A stretch of 64,000 bases of DNA from Candidatus Latescibacterota bacterium (GCA_965226795.1 CBDDDZ010000005.1:2400001-2464000); one strand, 5' to 3'; counted from the stretch's first letter, positions 10,155 through 20,018 are shown. Numbers and translations: made by a program. The notes: generated by a model from the sequence alone, not told the origin.

Positions 10155-10871
10155 TTACGACATCATCAACCTGGCGCCGATCACAAGAACCAGTGTCAGA
10201 ATTGCCCTGTTGAACCACACGACCGGCAAGCGGCGGTTCATGAGAATGCCGACCCCCACGCCCGCGGCAAGCGTCGGGAGCATCCATAGATCCATTAGCC
10301 AGACTTCGGGACCCAGCAGACCCAGATTCGCATAGGCCGGCGATTTCATCGTATTCAGAACGAGCCCGACCACCACCGCCGTGGACACAAATACCCGGAC
10401 GCTCAACCCCTGTGGCATCAGGTAGAGCATAAGGATAATGCCTCCCGAATGGGTAAGCACCGAGACGACACCCAGCGCCACGCCGGCGGCGACTCCCGAG
10501 ACGGGCGGCACTTTCGGCAGACGGTCTTTAAAGGCCTGCAGCAACCCGAATGCGCAAGCCAGTCCGCCAAGCATCCGCCGGAACCAGAGTTCCGGAATCG
10601 CATCCAGCAATACCCAGCCAACCAGCACCCCCACTGCCATTCCGGGAATCAGGGCGAAGACGAATCTCCCAACCCGGTATTTCCAGTAATACTTTATAGC
10701 GATCAAATCCGCGGCGAGCGATAGCGGAAGCATGACACCCAGCGCCAGTTTGGCCGGCATCACAAGCGCCAGGAGCGGCGTCACGACCACACCCACGCCG
10801 CCGCCGAAACCCGCCTTCATAACGCCAATGAGCAGGCCCGCCAACGCCAGCACCAGATGCGTAATGTCCAA
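10155..10871 (-). CDS. Sulfite exporter TauE/SafE family membrane protein
   Basis: KAGFGGGVG..TPLLAL, about 8 hydrophobic segments. Confidence 0.85.
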   Translation of the reverse strand: MDITHLVLALAGLLIGVMKAGFGGGVGVVVTPLLALVMPAKLALGVMLPLSLAADLIAIKYYWKYRVGRFVFALIPGMAVGVLVGWVLLDAIPELWFRRMLGGLACAFGLLQAFKDRLPKVPPVSGVAAGVALGVVSVLTHSGGIILMLYLMPQGLSVRVFVSTAVVVGLVLNTMKSPAYANLGLLGPEVWLMDLWMLPTLAAGVGVGILMNRRLPVVWFNRAILTLVLVIGARLMMS

Positions 10872-11068
10872 ACGGCCCCCTGTATTTGCCGGAACCGGGC
10901 CAGCTGTCCTCCGCGCCGGCAGGCGACTGTCGGCCGCCTCTTTACTCCACGTCTGATGTCTCCGGAGCCCCGGTTCAATCCGTCCCGATTCATAGAGATT
11001 TCAAGTATAACAAACCGGGGTCCCTGTGAAAAGACAAAATCGAGCCTCATTTCCCGGTTACGCAGCCC

Positions 11069-11097
11069 TTGACAGCCTGCATCCATCTGTATATGTT
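11069..11097 (+). promoter_or_regulatory. Sigma70-type promoter
   Basis: TTGACA-17 bp-TATGTT upstream of the YkgJ-family gene. Confidence 0.55.
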
Positions 11098-11232
11098 TGG
11101 CCCGGAACGAACGTATTCAACCGCGATGGGGAGTCGAGACCACCGCAAAAACGATCGACGACACACCACATATCGAAACCCGTAAGCACGACGCCCTCCG
11201 TCTTAAATTCCCGGCGTCCAGGATTCCATACG

Positions 11233-11781
11233 ATGGCGAAAGCATGGAAACACCTTCTCAGATTCCGTTGCACGGGTTGCGGTAACTGTTGCAGGGAACC
11301 CATCGCACTGGTGACGGACGAAGATATCCGGCGCATTGTGCGATATACGGGCAGGGACGCCGCCGATATCGTTGAATTCTATTCACCCGGTGAAATTGAA
11401 TGGGGCGTCTCGAATCCGGGATGGATCAGGCTTGAAGACGAACACCGCATCATGGGCTTGAGCCGGAATGAAGACGGATGCCGATTTCTTGGAAAGGACG
11501 ACCTCTGCACCATCTATGAATTTCGCCCGGTAACCTGTCGTCGTTATCCCTTCAACGTCGAATTCGACGCGCTTGGCGGGATCGAATTTCTCAGCATCAG
11601 CGATGCGGCTGAATGCCCGTACGAACTCGACGGCCGGAACTCGCTCAAACAAATCAAGGCCGTGTGCGATTGGGAGGAAAAAGAGGAGCAGTGTTATTAT
11701 GAGCGGGTCGAATCCTGGAACACGAAGGGAAAGGCAGGCGGAGAACGTAAGTTTCTGAAATATCTCGGGTTTGAGAAATAG
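11233..11781 (+). CDS. YkgJ family cysteine-cluster (CxxCxxCC) protein
   Basis: FRCTGCGNCC, CRFL, CTIYEFRPVTCRRYPF. Confidence 0.9.
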   Translation: MAKAWKHLLRFRCTGCGNCCREPIALVTDEDIRRIVRYTGRDAADIVEFYSPGEIEWGVSNPGWIRLEDEHRIMGLSRNEDGCRFLGKDDLCTIYEFRPVTCRRYPFNVEFDALGGIEFLSISDAAECPYELDGRNSLKQIKAVCDWEEKEEQCYYERVESWNTKGKAGGERKFLKYLGFEK

Positions 11782-11876
11782 GTGCGGAAGTCCGGGATCC
11801 ACGCAATCTCAGCCCGGCTCACGACCGGACGACTCGCCGGTTGCCCGGTGAGGAGAAAGCCGACTTCACCCTATCG

Positions 11877-12680
11877 TCAGCGGTTATAGCCGAAAACGGC
11901 TCTTTTTATTTTTCGCAGCAGACAGAACAGCCAGCGTGCGTCCTTAATCAGCGGCAGATTAAAGTAGAGTCCGAGTCCGTATTTCCGTCGGACGGACCAG
12001 ATCGCCCGGTCGTCGGACTCCCTGCGGCTGATATTGGCACCGTGGATGCGATAGTAAAAAAGGGGTTGCGGCACGTAGAATCCACGCCCTCCCTGTCTCA
12101 AGACGACATTCAACCAGAGATCCCAATCCTGATAACGCCGCAGAGATTCGTCAAAACCGGGAAAACAACCGGCCCGCAATAACGAGGCGAGATCGACATA
12201 ATTGCCCTGTCGCAGCCGTTCCGGCTGAAAGGGTCCGGACTTCCAGACCCCCTCCCGCTCCGGATACCATGAGCCGTCCCCGTCTGTGAAATTGATGCGA
12301 TCGCAATACACAAAATCGAGGCCCGGCCGCGCGCGCGACGCCCCGTAAAGCACATCCAGAAATTCGGGCGCCATATAGTTGTCCGCGTCGAAAAAGACAA
12401 CCCATTCGGCAGTGACCTGAGTGAAGCCAAAATTGCGGGATCTGTTGCCATTCAGGAACTCAGCCCGCCGGTATTCCACCTCCGGAAACTGCCGGACGAC
12501 GGCCTCTGTCTCGTCCGTGCTGGCGTCGTCCACGACCAGAACGGACGCCGGCTTCAACACCTGCGATTCAATCGAACGCAGGCATTGTTGCAGGTAACGG
12601 CCGTAGTTGTGACAGGTGACGATAACGGCAATATTGGCCTTGCGCACTGGTTTCATGCTTACACGCCCGGTGCTCGTCAT
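11877..12680 (-). CDS. Glycosyltransferase family 2
   Basis: HNYGRYL, VVDDASTD, FFDADN, QDWDLWL; start could be 12656. Confidence 0.9.
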   Translation of the reverse strand: MTSTGRVSMKPVRKANIAVIVTCHNYGRYLQQCLRSIESQVLKPASVLVVDDASTDETEAVVRQFPEVEYRRAEFLNGNRSRNFGFTQVTAEWVVFFDADNYMAPEFLDVLYGASRARPGLDFVYCDRINFTDGDGSWYPEREGVWKSGPFQPERLRQGNYVDLASLLRAGCFPGFDESLRRYQDWDLWLNVVLRQGGRGFYVPQPLFYYRIHGANISRRESDDRAIWSVRRKYGLGLYFNLPLIKDARWLFCLLRKIKRAVFGYNR

Positions 12681-13666
12681 TGGGAGGGGACCTGCCCTCT
12701 GGCCATGCGCAACAGTTCGACCTGGTATTCCAGTCCCAGCAACCCTTCGTTTCCTGAAACAACTGCCCGACGGCCCGAACCCCGCACCAACGAAACGAAG
12801 GCCTCAACCAGAATATGCAGAAAGTCGTCACAGGGTAACGACTCACCACCATGAACCAGCCGTGCGCGGTAGATCCCACCGGCATCTACGTACCCCTCCC
12901 AATCCACCATGAAGCCGTTCACGCCGAACCGGCGAGCCGGAATACCTTCGTCGATATCCCTTAACACAAGATCGACGGCGCAACGCCCGCCTCGGCTAAC
13001 GTATTCGAATCGCGCCCGATTCTCCCGCTCTTCGATTTCGCAAACCGCGGTTCCCGTATCCATCCTGCCATCAGGCAGGAATCCGATCACCAGACTCAAC
13101 GCGTGCGGGGCGACGTCCGCCCAGATTTCCTCGTAACGTTTCGGCCCCTTTCTTCCCTTCACCTCCATCTCCATCGTAATCTCAGTCACTTCGTCCCACG
13201 CCCCGCGGATCTGCTTGTAAAAGGCCCGGAAGTGTGGAATGCCGGCCGGATATTGTGCGGACACCCCCAGCAGACGGCCGGCTTCCTTCGCTTTTGCAAC
13301 GACAGCCCGTCCGTCCGCAAGAATCTCATCCAACTCTTTGTCTCTGTCCCAGCAGAACGGTTTCTCGCACAGCACGTGGGCCCCGGCGTCGAACGCGGCA
13401 ATCGCGTGCGTCTTGTGCATCGGGTAAGGGCTCGTTACCGCGACAATGTCAGGGGCCTCCTCCCGAAGCATTGCTTCCACATCCTGATACGTCCGGCCGC
13501 TGAATCCGAAGTAGGACGCCAACCGCGCGCGGGTGTGCTCACACGAGGCCTTTGACGTACCCGCAAACGCAACCACTTCACACCCCGAGAGATCGTACCA
13601 ACGGGCGTGATGCTGACCGATTCCACTGGCGCCGATGACGGCGACCCTGAGGGGATTATCGTACAT
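12677..13666 (-). CDS. Gfo/Idh/MocA family oxidoreductase
   Basis: VIGASGIG, HVLCEKP; ATGA overlap with the GT2 gene. Confidence 0.85.
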   Translation of the reverse strand: MYDNPLRVAVIGASGIGQHHARWYDLSGCEVVAFAGTSKASCEHTRARLASYFGFSGRTYQDVEAMLREEAPDIVAVTSPYPMHKTHAIAAFDAGAHVLCEKPFCWDRDKELDEILADGRAVVAKAKEAGRLLGVSAQYPAGIPHFRAFYKQIRGAWDEVTEITMEMEVKGRKGPKRYEEIWADVAPHALSLVIGFLPDGRMDTGTAVCEIEERENRARFEYVSRGGRCAVDLVLRDIDEGIPARRFGVNGFMVDWEGYVDAGGIYRARLVHGGESLPCDDFLHILVEAFVSLVRGSGRRAVVSGNEGLLGLEYQVELLRMARGQVPSQ

Positions 13667-13755
13667 AATCGCTCCTGGATAATGAATTCAACGCCGGTTT
13701 TACGTAAAATAGAAATCCTCGATATCGCTGCCAATCGTTTTTTCCTGCGCTCCAC

Positions 13756-14323
13756 CTCAAGGATTCCAGCCATCTTCCGGACGCCGACCTGGCCTCCGCG
13801 GGCGGAACCGATTCCGGCGACCTGTTCAACGGTGGCAAGGCCGTCTCCAAAGGCCTCGAATTCGAACTCAAATATGACCCCGCGGCGGCGGCGCATCAAC
13901 CCTTTTCGTTGCCTATTCGCATTGCCTATACCCACACCAGCGCCCGGCTCAGGAGCAGCTTCGAGAGCGAATTCGATGCCTGGGGCACCCGTAGCCGACG
14001 GCGACGACCTCCCCTACATTCCCAAACACCAGTGTATCATGAATGTGGGTTTGACATTTGGACGGTGGGGGCTGGATCTTGGCGGCAAGTATTCCAGGAG
14101 AATGCGAACAGCTCCCGGTACAGGCGCCATACCGGACCTCAAGGGCACCGACGCCGCTTTCGTTGCCGACTTTATGGCTGAACACAAGCTCACCGACAGT
14201 GCGAAACTGTTCGGCGGCGTGCGCAACCTGACCGACAGGACCTACATCACGGCACGCCGCCCGGCATGCGTGCGACCCGGTTTGCCGCGCAGGTTGACCG
14301 GTGGCGTCAAGACCGACTTTTAA
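13756..14323 (+). pseudogene. 3' remnant of a FecA-like TonB-dependent receptor, frameshifted
   Basis: Reads GDLFNGG..KGLE..AYTHT..FDAWGT, then a +1 shift at ~13990 to LPYIPKHQ..VRNLTDRTY..ARRP..RPGLPR..TDF*; terminal Phe; no 5' part. Confidence 0.8.
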
Positions 14324-14456
14324 CACTGCTGACCAGGTTGTATCGCGGCACTTGTCGCGGGTCGACGTACAATTCGGACGAAGCGAGCGTCGGCCCGCGA
14401 CTCATACGGATCCGTCCATAACCCGCCCGCTGCGTTCTCCTCCATCCCGACCCGGC

Positions 14457-14492
14457 GAAAAGCCATCCTGCTGACAGGCAGGATGGCTTTTC
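14457..14492. terminator. Intrinsic terminator hairpin, possibly bidirectional
   Basis: gaaaagccatcctgc-tgacag-gcaggatggcttttc, a perfect 15-bp inverted repeat. Confidence 0.75.
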
Positions 14493-14517
14493 TGTCATGG
14501 GCCAGTAGAGGAAGCCC

Positions 14518-14545
14518 TTGTTTTATTTTTTGTTTTTGGTATACT
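14518..14545 (+). promoter_or_regulatory. Candidate ferritin promoter
   Basis: TTGTTT-16 bp-TATACT with an extended TG, in an AT-rich patch. Confidence 0.5.
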
Positions 14546-14669
14546 TAAGTCCCTCTATTGTCGTCACGTCGCAGAAGAGATCCGCTAAGCCTCAGTGCGC
14601 AGAGGATCGCGCGATCGGGGTTTGACCCTCTTGTGCGCTTCGCTTTTTTTGTCCGCAAGGAGGACGTGG

Positions 14670-15179
14670 ATGCTTAAAGAAAATGTACAGGCAGCCCTTA
14701 ACAATCAGTTGAATTCCGAACTGTACGCCTCCTATTTTTATCTTTCAATGTCCGCCTATTTTCACGCCATCAACCTGAGTGGTTTTGCCTCCTGGATACG
14801 CACCCAGGCGCAGGAGGAATTGGTGCACGCCCTGAAGGTTTACGACTTTATCAACGATCGAGAGGGCGAGGTCGCGCTAACGACCATCGCGGAGCCCAAA
14901 CGGCAGTGGGAAAATACCCTCGCGGCGTTCGAAGATGCCTATCGACACGAGAAGGCCGTAACCGCCCAGATTTACGACCTGGTAGACCTTAGCGTTAAGG
15001 AAAGAGACCACGCCACGAACACCTTCCTGCAGTGGTTCGTGACCGAACAGGTGGAAGAAGAGGCCACCGCAAACGATATCGTCAACAAGCTGAAATTGGT
15101 TGGCAACGACGGCAATGGCCTGTTTATTCTGGACAGAGATCTGGGCACGAGAGGTCCGAAACCGAAAGAAGACGAATAG
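14670..15179 (+). CDS. ftnA: Non-heme ferritin
   Basis: ELYASYFYLSM, QAQEELVHA, HEKAVT, FLQWFVTEQVEEE ferroxidase residues; RBS AAGGAGG. Confidence 0.95.
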   Translation: MLKENVQAALNNQLNSELYASYFYLSMSAYFHAINLSGFASWIRTQAQEELVHALKVYDFINDREGEVALTTIAEPKRQWENTLAAFEDAYRHEKAVTAQIYDLVDLSVKERDHATNTFLQWFVTEQVEEEATANDIVNKLKLVGNDGNGLFILDRDLGTRGPKPKEDE

Positions 15180-15277
15180 ACAACGTGTCCGCCGCACCCC
15201 TGTGGCGGCCCGACCACCTCCTCCGCCGAATTGCGCCGAGACTATTTATATACATTAAAAAAAATGCCGATCCTGTA

Positions 15278-15306
15278 TTGACAGATGGCCGATCGTATAT
15301 TATCTT
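15278..15306 (+). promoter_or_regulatory. Sigma70-type promoter with upstream A-tract
   Basis: TTGACA-17 bp-TATCTT, preceded by an A-run. Confidence 0.65.
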
Positions 15307-15312
15307 GCCATT

Positions 15313-15620
15313 TTATACGGCTTTCGGTAAATCGAAAACCTCAAAGATTAAGGCTTGAGCCGGAGTTGCCAGCCTCATCAGCCGGAGCCCCTCGGCTATG
15401 ACAACGGCGAGTCCCGAAATGAGCCAACTCTCCAAACTGAGCAGGATCCAGGTTGGAGAATCAAGGAGGCTCAAGGCAGGACATAGCATCAGGAAACCTT
15501 TCCCCTGAAGGTTCCTGGCTGGATTTTCCGTTTTCCCCACAGGTTCAACGCCTCTCCCCTGGAGGGGTTGAACTTTCCGAATTCCCCTTCTCCCTTTTTC
15601 TTTTCCTCCCCTTTCCAGAT
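15313..15620 (+). ncRNA. Candidate structured ncRNA or long 5' leader (unknown family)
   Basis: Nested stems, two hairpins with identical TCCCCTG loops and a 35-nt pyrimidine tract; no credible ORF. Confidence 0.45.
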
Positions 15621-15787
15621 TGTGTTGTTCACGTTCACGGTCGGCGTATTCGAACCTGTGTGTCGCCTGCTGTGTATTGGGCCCGCACAGGATCTGTCTG
15701 CGCGCGCGATCCTGAGTATTTCCACATCGATCGAAATACGTCAGGTACCGGCATGCAGACGAACGCACCATTGCCTGGGGGAAAGTA

Positions 15788-16669
15788 ATGCCTGCAACGG
15801 TAATGAGCCAGCACACCCCAATCACATCGCGGGGAAAGAAGCGGTCGGCGCTCGAGCTTTATCTCAAGGATATAGCGTATAATGTTCTGCTCACGCCGCA
15901 ACAGGAAGTAACATTGGCGAAGCGTATCAGGGCCGGAGATCGCAAGAGTCTGGAAACAATGGTCGAGTCCAACCTCCGGTTCGTCATTACGATCGCCAAA
16001 GAATACCAGGGGAGGGGTTTGCCCCTGGAAGATCTGATTGCCGAGGGCAACCTCGGACTGGTTCGCGCGGCAACGCGGTACGATGAAACGGTAGGTGTTA
16101 AATTTACGACCTATGCGGTCTGGTGGATCCGGCAGGGTATTCTCTCTTCGCTTGCGGAAAAGGCCCGTATGGTCCGGCTGCCCGTTAACAAGATCAAACA
16201 CCTTTGCCGGCTGGAGCGCATCGCTTCCAGCCTCAAGCAGAAACTTGGCAGGGAACCCAGTGTCGACGAGATTGCGGTGGGTGCGGACATGCAGCCCAAG
16301 CAGGCGCAGGATCTGTTGAACGCATCGCGATGGCACGTGTCACTGGACATGCCGCTGGAGGGCGGGCCGGATTCCTGCCTCCTGGAAGTCCTGGAAGATA
16401 AAGACCAGGTATCGCCTGAGGTGGAAGTGATGGAACAGGCGATGGCCGACGAGATCCGGGCCGCGCTGGATACTCTGTCTTCCCGAGAAGCGCGGATTTT
16501 ACGGCTATACTTCGGCATCAACGGCGAAGACGCAATGACGCTGGAAAAAATCGGCAATCAACTCAGTCTTACAAAGGAGCGGGTCCGTCAGATTCGAGAC
16601 AAGGCACTTGCCGCGCTTAAACACCCGTCGCGAGTGCGAAAAATCCGCGCATACCTTACGGAGAACTGA
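15788..16669 (+). CDS. RNA polymerase sigma factor, RpoD/RpoS family (short, no region 1.1)
   Basis: NLRFVITIAKEY, DLIAEGNLGL, FTTYAVWWIRQ, TLEKIG..LTKERVRQI. Confidence 0.95.
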   Translation: MPATVMSQHTPITSRGKKRSALELYLKDIAYNVLLTPQQEVTLAKRIRAGDRKSLETMVESNLRFVITIAKEYQGRGLPLEDLIAEGNLGLVRAATRYDETVGVKFTTYAVWWIRQGILSSLAEKARMVRLPVNKIKHLCRLERIASSLKQKLGREPSVDEIAVGADMQPKQAQDLLNASRWHVSLDMPLEGGPDSCLLEVLEDKDQVSPEVEVMEQAMADEIRAALDTLSSREARILRLYFGINGEDAMTLEKIGNQLSLTKERVRQIRDKALAALKHPSRVRKIRAYLTEN

Positions 16670-16674
16670 GAACC

Positions 16675-17109
16675 GTGGCACACGACACCTTCAAAAACCC
16701 GGAATGCTCTCTCAGGGGTGCGGTCTCCCCCGTGCTGGACATCGTGGGCGTGCACCACATCACCCTTGTAGCACGCAATCTGGATCGATCCAGGTCCTTT
16801 TATGAGAAATTCCTGGGACTACACCCGATCTCCCGGCCCAGTTACGATTTCGAAGGCGCCTGGTACCGTTGCGGAAGCGTGGAAATACACCTTCTGGTAG
16901 CGGAAGAACACCCCGATCCGTCCAGGCGCCACGTCGCGCTTGAGGTCTCAGACTTTGAACGTGTCATCAAATCTCTGGACGGCGCGTGGGTGCATGTCGT
17001 CGGCGGCCCGGGAATCAGACCGCACGACGGAAGCCGGTTTGTTTTTCTCCAGGATCCCGACGGCAACCTGATTGAAATCATGTGTCGCGGTTCAAAACGC
17101 GAGGGTTGA
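16675..17109 (+). CDS. VOC / glyoxalase family protein
   Basis: VHHITL, FYEKFLG, HVAL, DPDGNLIE. Confidence 0.9.
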   Translation: MAHDTFKNPECSLRGAVSPVLDIVGVHHITLVARNLDRSRSFYEKFLGLHPISRPSYDFEGAWYRCGSVEIHLLVAEEHPDPSRRHVALEVSDFERVIKSLDGAWVHVVGGPGIRPHDGSRFVFLQDPDGNLIEIMCRGSKREG

Positions 17110-17192
17110 ATCGTCGTCGAACTCCAAACAGGAAGCGGGCCGCGATGGGTATCGCGACCCGCTTCCTGTTTTCGCAGACATCGCCAAAGGCG

Positions 17193-18644
17193 TTACGCGC
17201 GCCTGTTGGCTCGCAGAACTGGCTTTCGCGCGGCCGCTGCTTCATCCAGCCGCCGCACGGGCGTGTGGCGCGGGGCACTGTGCAACAGGTCGGGGTTCTC
17301 TTCTGCTTCCCTGGCGATCCGGATCATGGCTTCGATGAACTCGTCAAGCTGTTCCAGGCTCTCGGTCTCCGTTGGCTCAATCAGCATCGCTTCCGGCGCC
17401 ACCCTGGGCAGCGGAAAGTAGATGGTGGGCGGATGATGGCCGTAGTCGATCAGTCTTTTGGCGATATCCAGAGCGCTCACCCCATTGGCCTTTTTCTGTC
17501 GTGACGCCGAGAATACCATTTCGTGCATGGGCTGAGCCGATTTTGGCCGGTCATAGTAGCCATCCAGCCGGCTGGCGATATAATTCGCGTTCAGGACGGC
17601 CATCTCGCTCGTACGCCGCATCCCTTCCGCACCCAACATTCTGGCGTATACGTAGGCGCGAATCACCATTCCGAAATTTCCAAAAAACGTACTGACCTTT
17701 CCGATCGACTGCGGGCGATCGTAATCCAGCCGGAAGAGATCACCTTCTTTGGTGACGATAGGGACCGGCAAATAGGGCAGCAATGCTTCCTTCGCGCCGA
17801 CCGGCCCGGACCCGGGGCCGCCGCCGCCATGCGGGGTGGTGAAGGTCTTGTGCAGGTTGATGTGAACAACGTCAAAGCCCATATCTCCGGGCCGGCATTG
17901 TCCGAGAAATGCGTTCAGATTCGCTCCATCGTAATAGAGCAACCCGCCGCCGTCGTGAACCACCCGCTGTATTTCCAGGATTTCATCCTCGAACACGCCG
18001 AATGTATTGGGATTGGTCAGCATCAATCCCGCTACCCGGTCGTTCATCTTGGCCTTCAAATCCTCGACGTCCACGGTTCCACGGTCGGTAGATTTCAGTG
18101 TCTCCACCCGAAAGCCGCATATCGCGGCGGTAGCCGGGTTTGTACCGTGAGCCGAATCAGGAATCAGCACGACCTGCCTGCTATCCTGTTTCTCGCGGTG
18201 GTACGCCGCTATCAGTGAGATACCGACGAGTTCCCCCTGCGCTCCAGCCGCCGGCTGAAACGTAAAACCGTCCATACCGGTTACGGCCTTCAATACCCCA
18301 TCCATCTCCCACAAGACGCGTAACGCCGCCTGGGACGACGACGCATCCGCGAAGGGATGCAATCCCGCGAAATCGGGCAGGCGTGCGGCGCGTTCGTGTA
18401 CTTTGGGATTGTATTTCATCGTACACGAACCCAGCGGGTAAAACGCGGTATCGATACTGAAGTTCATTGACGAAAGCCTAACGTAATGGCGCACCAGTTC
18501 CAGTTCGCTGACTTCCGGCAGCGCAGGCGCGTCATTCCGATACATCCCATCGGGGATGGGCACAACCGGAGCGCCGGCATCCGGAAACGTCACACAACGC
18601 CGCCCTTTTTCACCCCTTTCAAAAATCAGCAGATCCTGATCCAT
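17193..18644 (-). CDS. gcvPB: Glycine dehydrogenase (decarboxylating) subunit 2
   Basis: PLGSCTMKYNP, AHGTNPA, NLHKTFTTPHGGGGPG, EPTETE. Confidence 0.97.
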   Translation of the reverse strand: MDQDLLIFERGEKGRRCVTFPDAGAPVVPIPDGMYRNDAPALPEVSELELVRHYVRLSSMNFSIDTAFYPLGSCTMKYNPKVHERAARLPDFAGLHPFADASSSQAALRVLWEMDGVLKAVTGMDGFTFQPAAGAQGELVGISLIAAYHREKQDSRQVVLIPDSAHGTNPATAAICGFRVETLKSTDRGTVDVEDLKAKMNDRVAGLMLTNPNTFGVFEDEILEIQRVVHDGGGLLYYDGANLNAFLGQCRPGDMGFDVVHINLHKTFTTPHGGGGPGSGPVGAKEALLPYLPVPIVTKEGDLFRLDYDRPQSIGKVSTFFGNFGMVIRAYVYARMLGAEGMRRTSEMAVLNANYIASRLDGYYDRPKSAQPMHEMVFSASRQKKANGVSALDIAKRLIDYGHHPPTIYFPLPRVAPEAMLIEPTETESLEQLDEFIEAMIRIAREAEENPDLLHSAPRHTPVRRLDEAAAARKPVLRANRRA

Positions 18645-19987
18645 TAAATGTCTCTCCAGGCATCAACCAGACGTGCCACGTCCGTGTCTGTCTTCGTTTC
18701 GGTCACGCACATCAAAACGCAACGGTCCAATTCGGGGAAAAAACGTCCCAGATCGATACCGCCGGCGATGCCTTGTTCTCGTAGCGCTTCGAGAGCCACC
18801 CGCGCCGGCCCGGTCGTTTCAACCACGAACTCGTTAAACGACGCGCCCGGGAACTTGAGCGAAAGCCCATCAATTTCGCGCAGCGCCGCCGCCGCATCGT
18901 GGCTCCGATTCCAGTTCAATATGCCAACTTCCCGCAGGCCTTCCGGCCCGAGCGACGCGAGATAGACGGTTGCCGCCGTCGCACACAACGTCTGATTCGT
19001 ACAGATATTCGAGGTTGCCCGTTCCCGGCGAATATGCTGTTCGCGAGTCTGCAGCGTCATCACGAACCCCCGCCTCCCGTCAATATCGGTGGTTTGCCCG
19101 ACCACCCGCCCGGGCATTCGACGGATATGCTGTTCGCGGGTGGCGAACATCCCCACGTAGGGACCCCCGTAGGACAACGGCAAACCCAGCGGTTGCCCGT
19201 CGCCGACCACAATGTCCGCACCGAAATCACCGGGCGGCCGGATTACCCCCAAGGAAATCGGATTCACAGCCGCGACATAGGCCGCCCGGTGATTTCGTAC
19301 CAGGATTCCCAGTGCTTCCAGCGGTTCGAGCACGCCCACAAAATTCGGATTCTGTACCACCACCGCGGCAGTGTCGTCATTCATCTCCGACTCGACCCGG
19401 TCCAGGTCGATCGTTCCTGCATCCGTCCACGGAATTTCCACCAATTCCAGTCCGATTCCCTTAACATATGTCTCTACCACACGCCGGTAGAACGGATGCA
19501 GACTGCGCGGCAGCAGCACGCGGGAGCCGTCATTAATCCGTACCGCCATCATCACCGCCTCCGCGAGGGCGGACGCGCCGTCGTACATGGAGGCGTTGGC
19601 CACCTCCATACCGGTCAGCTCGCAGACCATGGTCTGGAACTCGAAAATCGCCCGCAGCGTACCCTGGCTCACCTCCGCCTGATACGGCGTATAGGCCGTG
19701 TAGAACTCGCTGCGTGAAATCATTGCATCGATGACGCTGGGCATGAAATGCTCGTAGGCGCCGCCACCCATGAAAGACAGCCCGGGCGTTTGCTCCCGCG
19801 CCGACCGGCCAAGATCCTGAACCAGCCTAAGCGCCTCCATCTCGTTGATACCCCTGGGAAGATCCAGGGAATTCAGGCGGAGGGATTCCGGCACCGGTTC
19901 AAACAATGCCTCTACTGAATCGACCCCGATCGTCTCCAGCATTTTCTGGATGTCTCGATCCGTATGCGGTGTATAATTCACGAGCAA
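18644..19987 (-). CDS. gcvPA: Glycine dehydrogenase (decarboxylating) subunit 1
   Basis: TAYTPYQAEVSQG, NASMYDG, REQHIRRERATSNICTNQ. Confidence 0.97.
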   Translation of the reverse strand: MLVNYTPHTDRDIQKMLETIGVDSVEALFEPVPESLRLNSLDLPRGINEMEALRLVQDLGRSAREQTPGLSFMGGGAYEHFMPSVIDAMISRSEFYTAYTPYQAEVSQGTLRAIFEFQTMVCELTGMEVANASMYDGASALAEAVMMAVRINDGSRVLLPRSLHPFYRRVVETYVKGIGLELVEIPWTDAGTIDLDRVESEMNDDTAAVVVQNPNFVGVLEPLEALGILVRNHRAAYVAAVNPISLGVIRPPGDFGADIVVGDGQPLGLPLSYGGPYVGMFATREQHIRRMPGRVVGQTTDIDGRRGFVMTLQTREQHIRRERATSNICTNQTLCATAATVYLASLGPEGLREVGILNWNRSHDAAAALREIDGLSLKFPGASFNEFVVETTGPARVALEALREQGIAGGIDLGRFFPELDRCVLMCVTETKTDTDVARLVDAWRDI

Positions 19988-20018
19988 AACCCTGAAATTT
20001 ACAATGGTGGGCGGGTGT

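Noticed and set aside
13607..14323. 238-aa ORF as an intact gene
   Set aside because: It overlaps the divergent oxidoreductase start, and only its last ~110 aa are in the receptor frame
15340..15410. Hammerhead ribozyme on the minus strand (GUC...CUGAUGA plus a stem)
   Set aside because: The stem is followed by CAAG rather than GAAA, and stem I does not close next to the GUC
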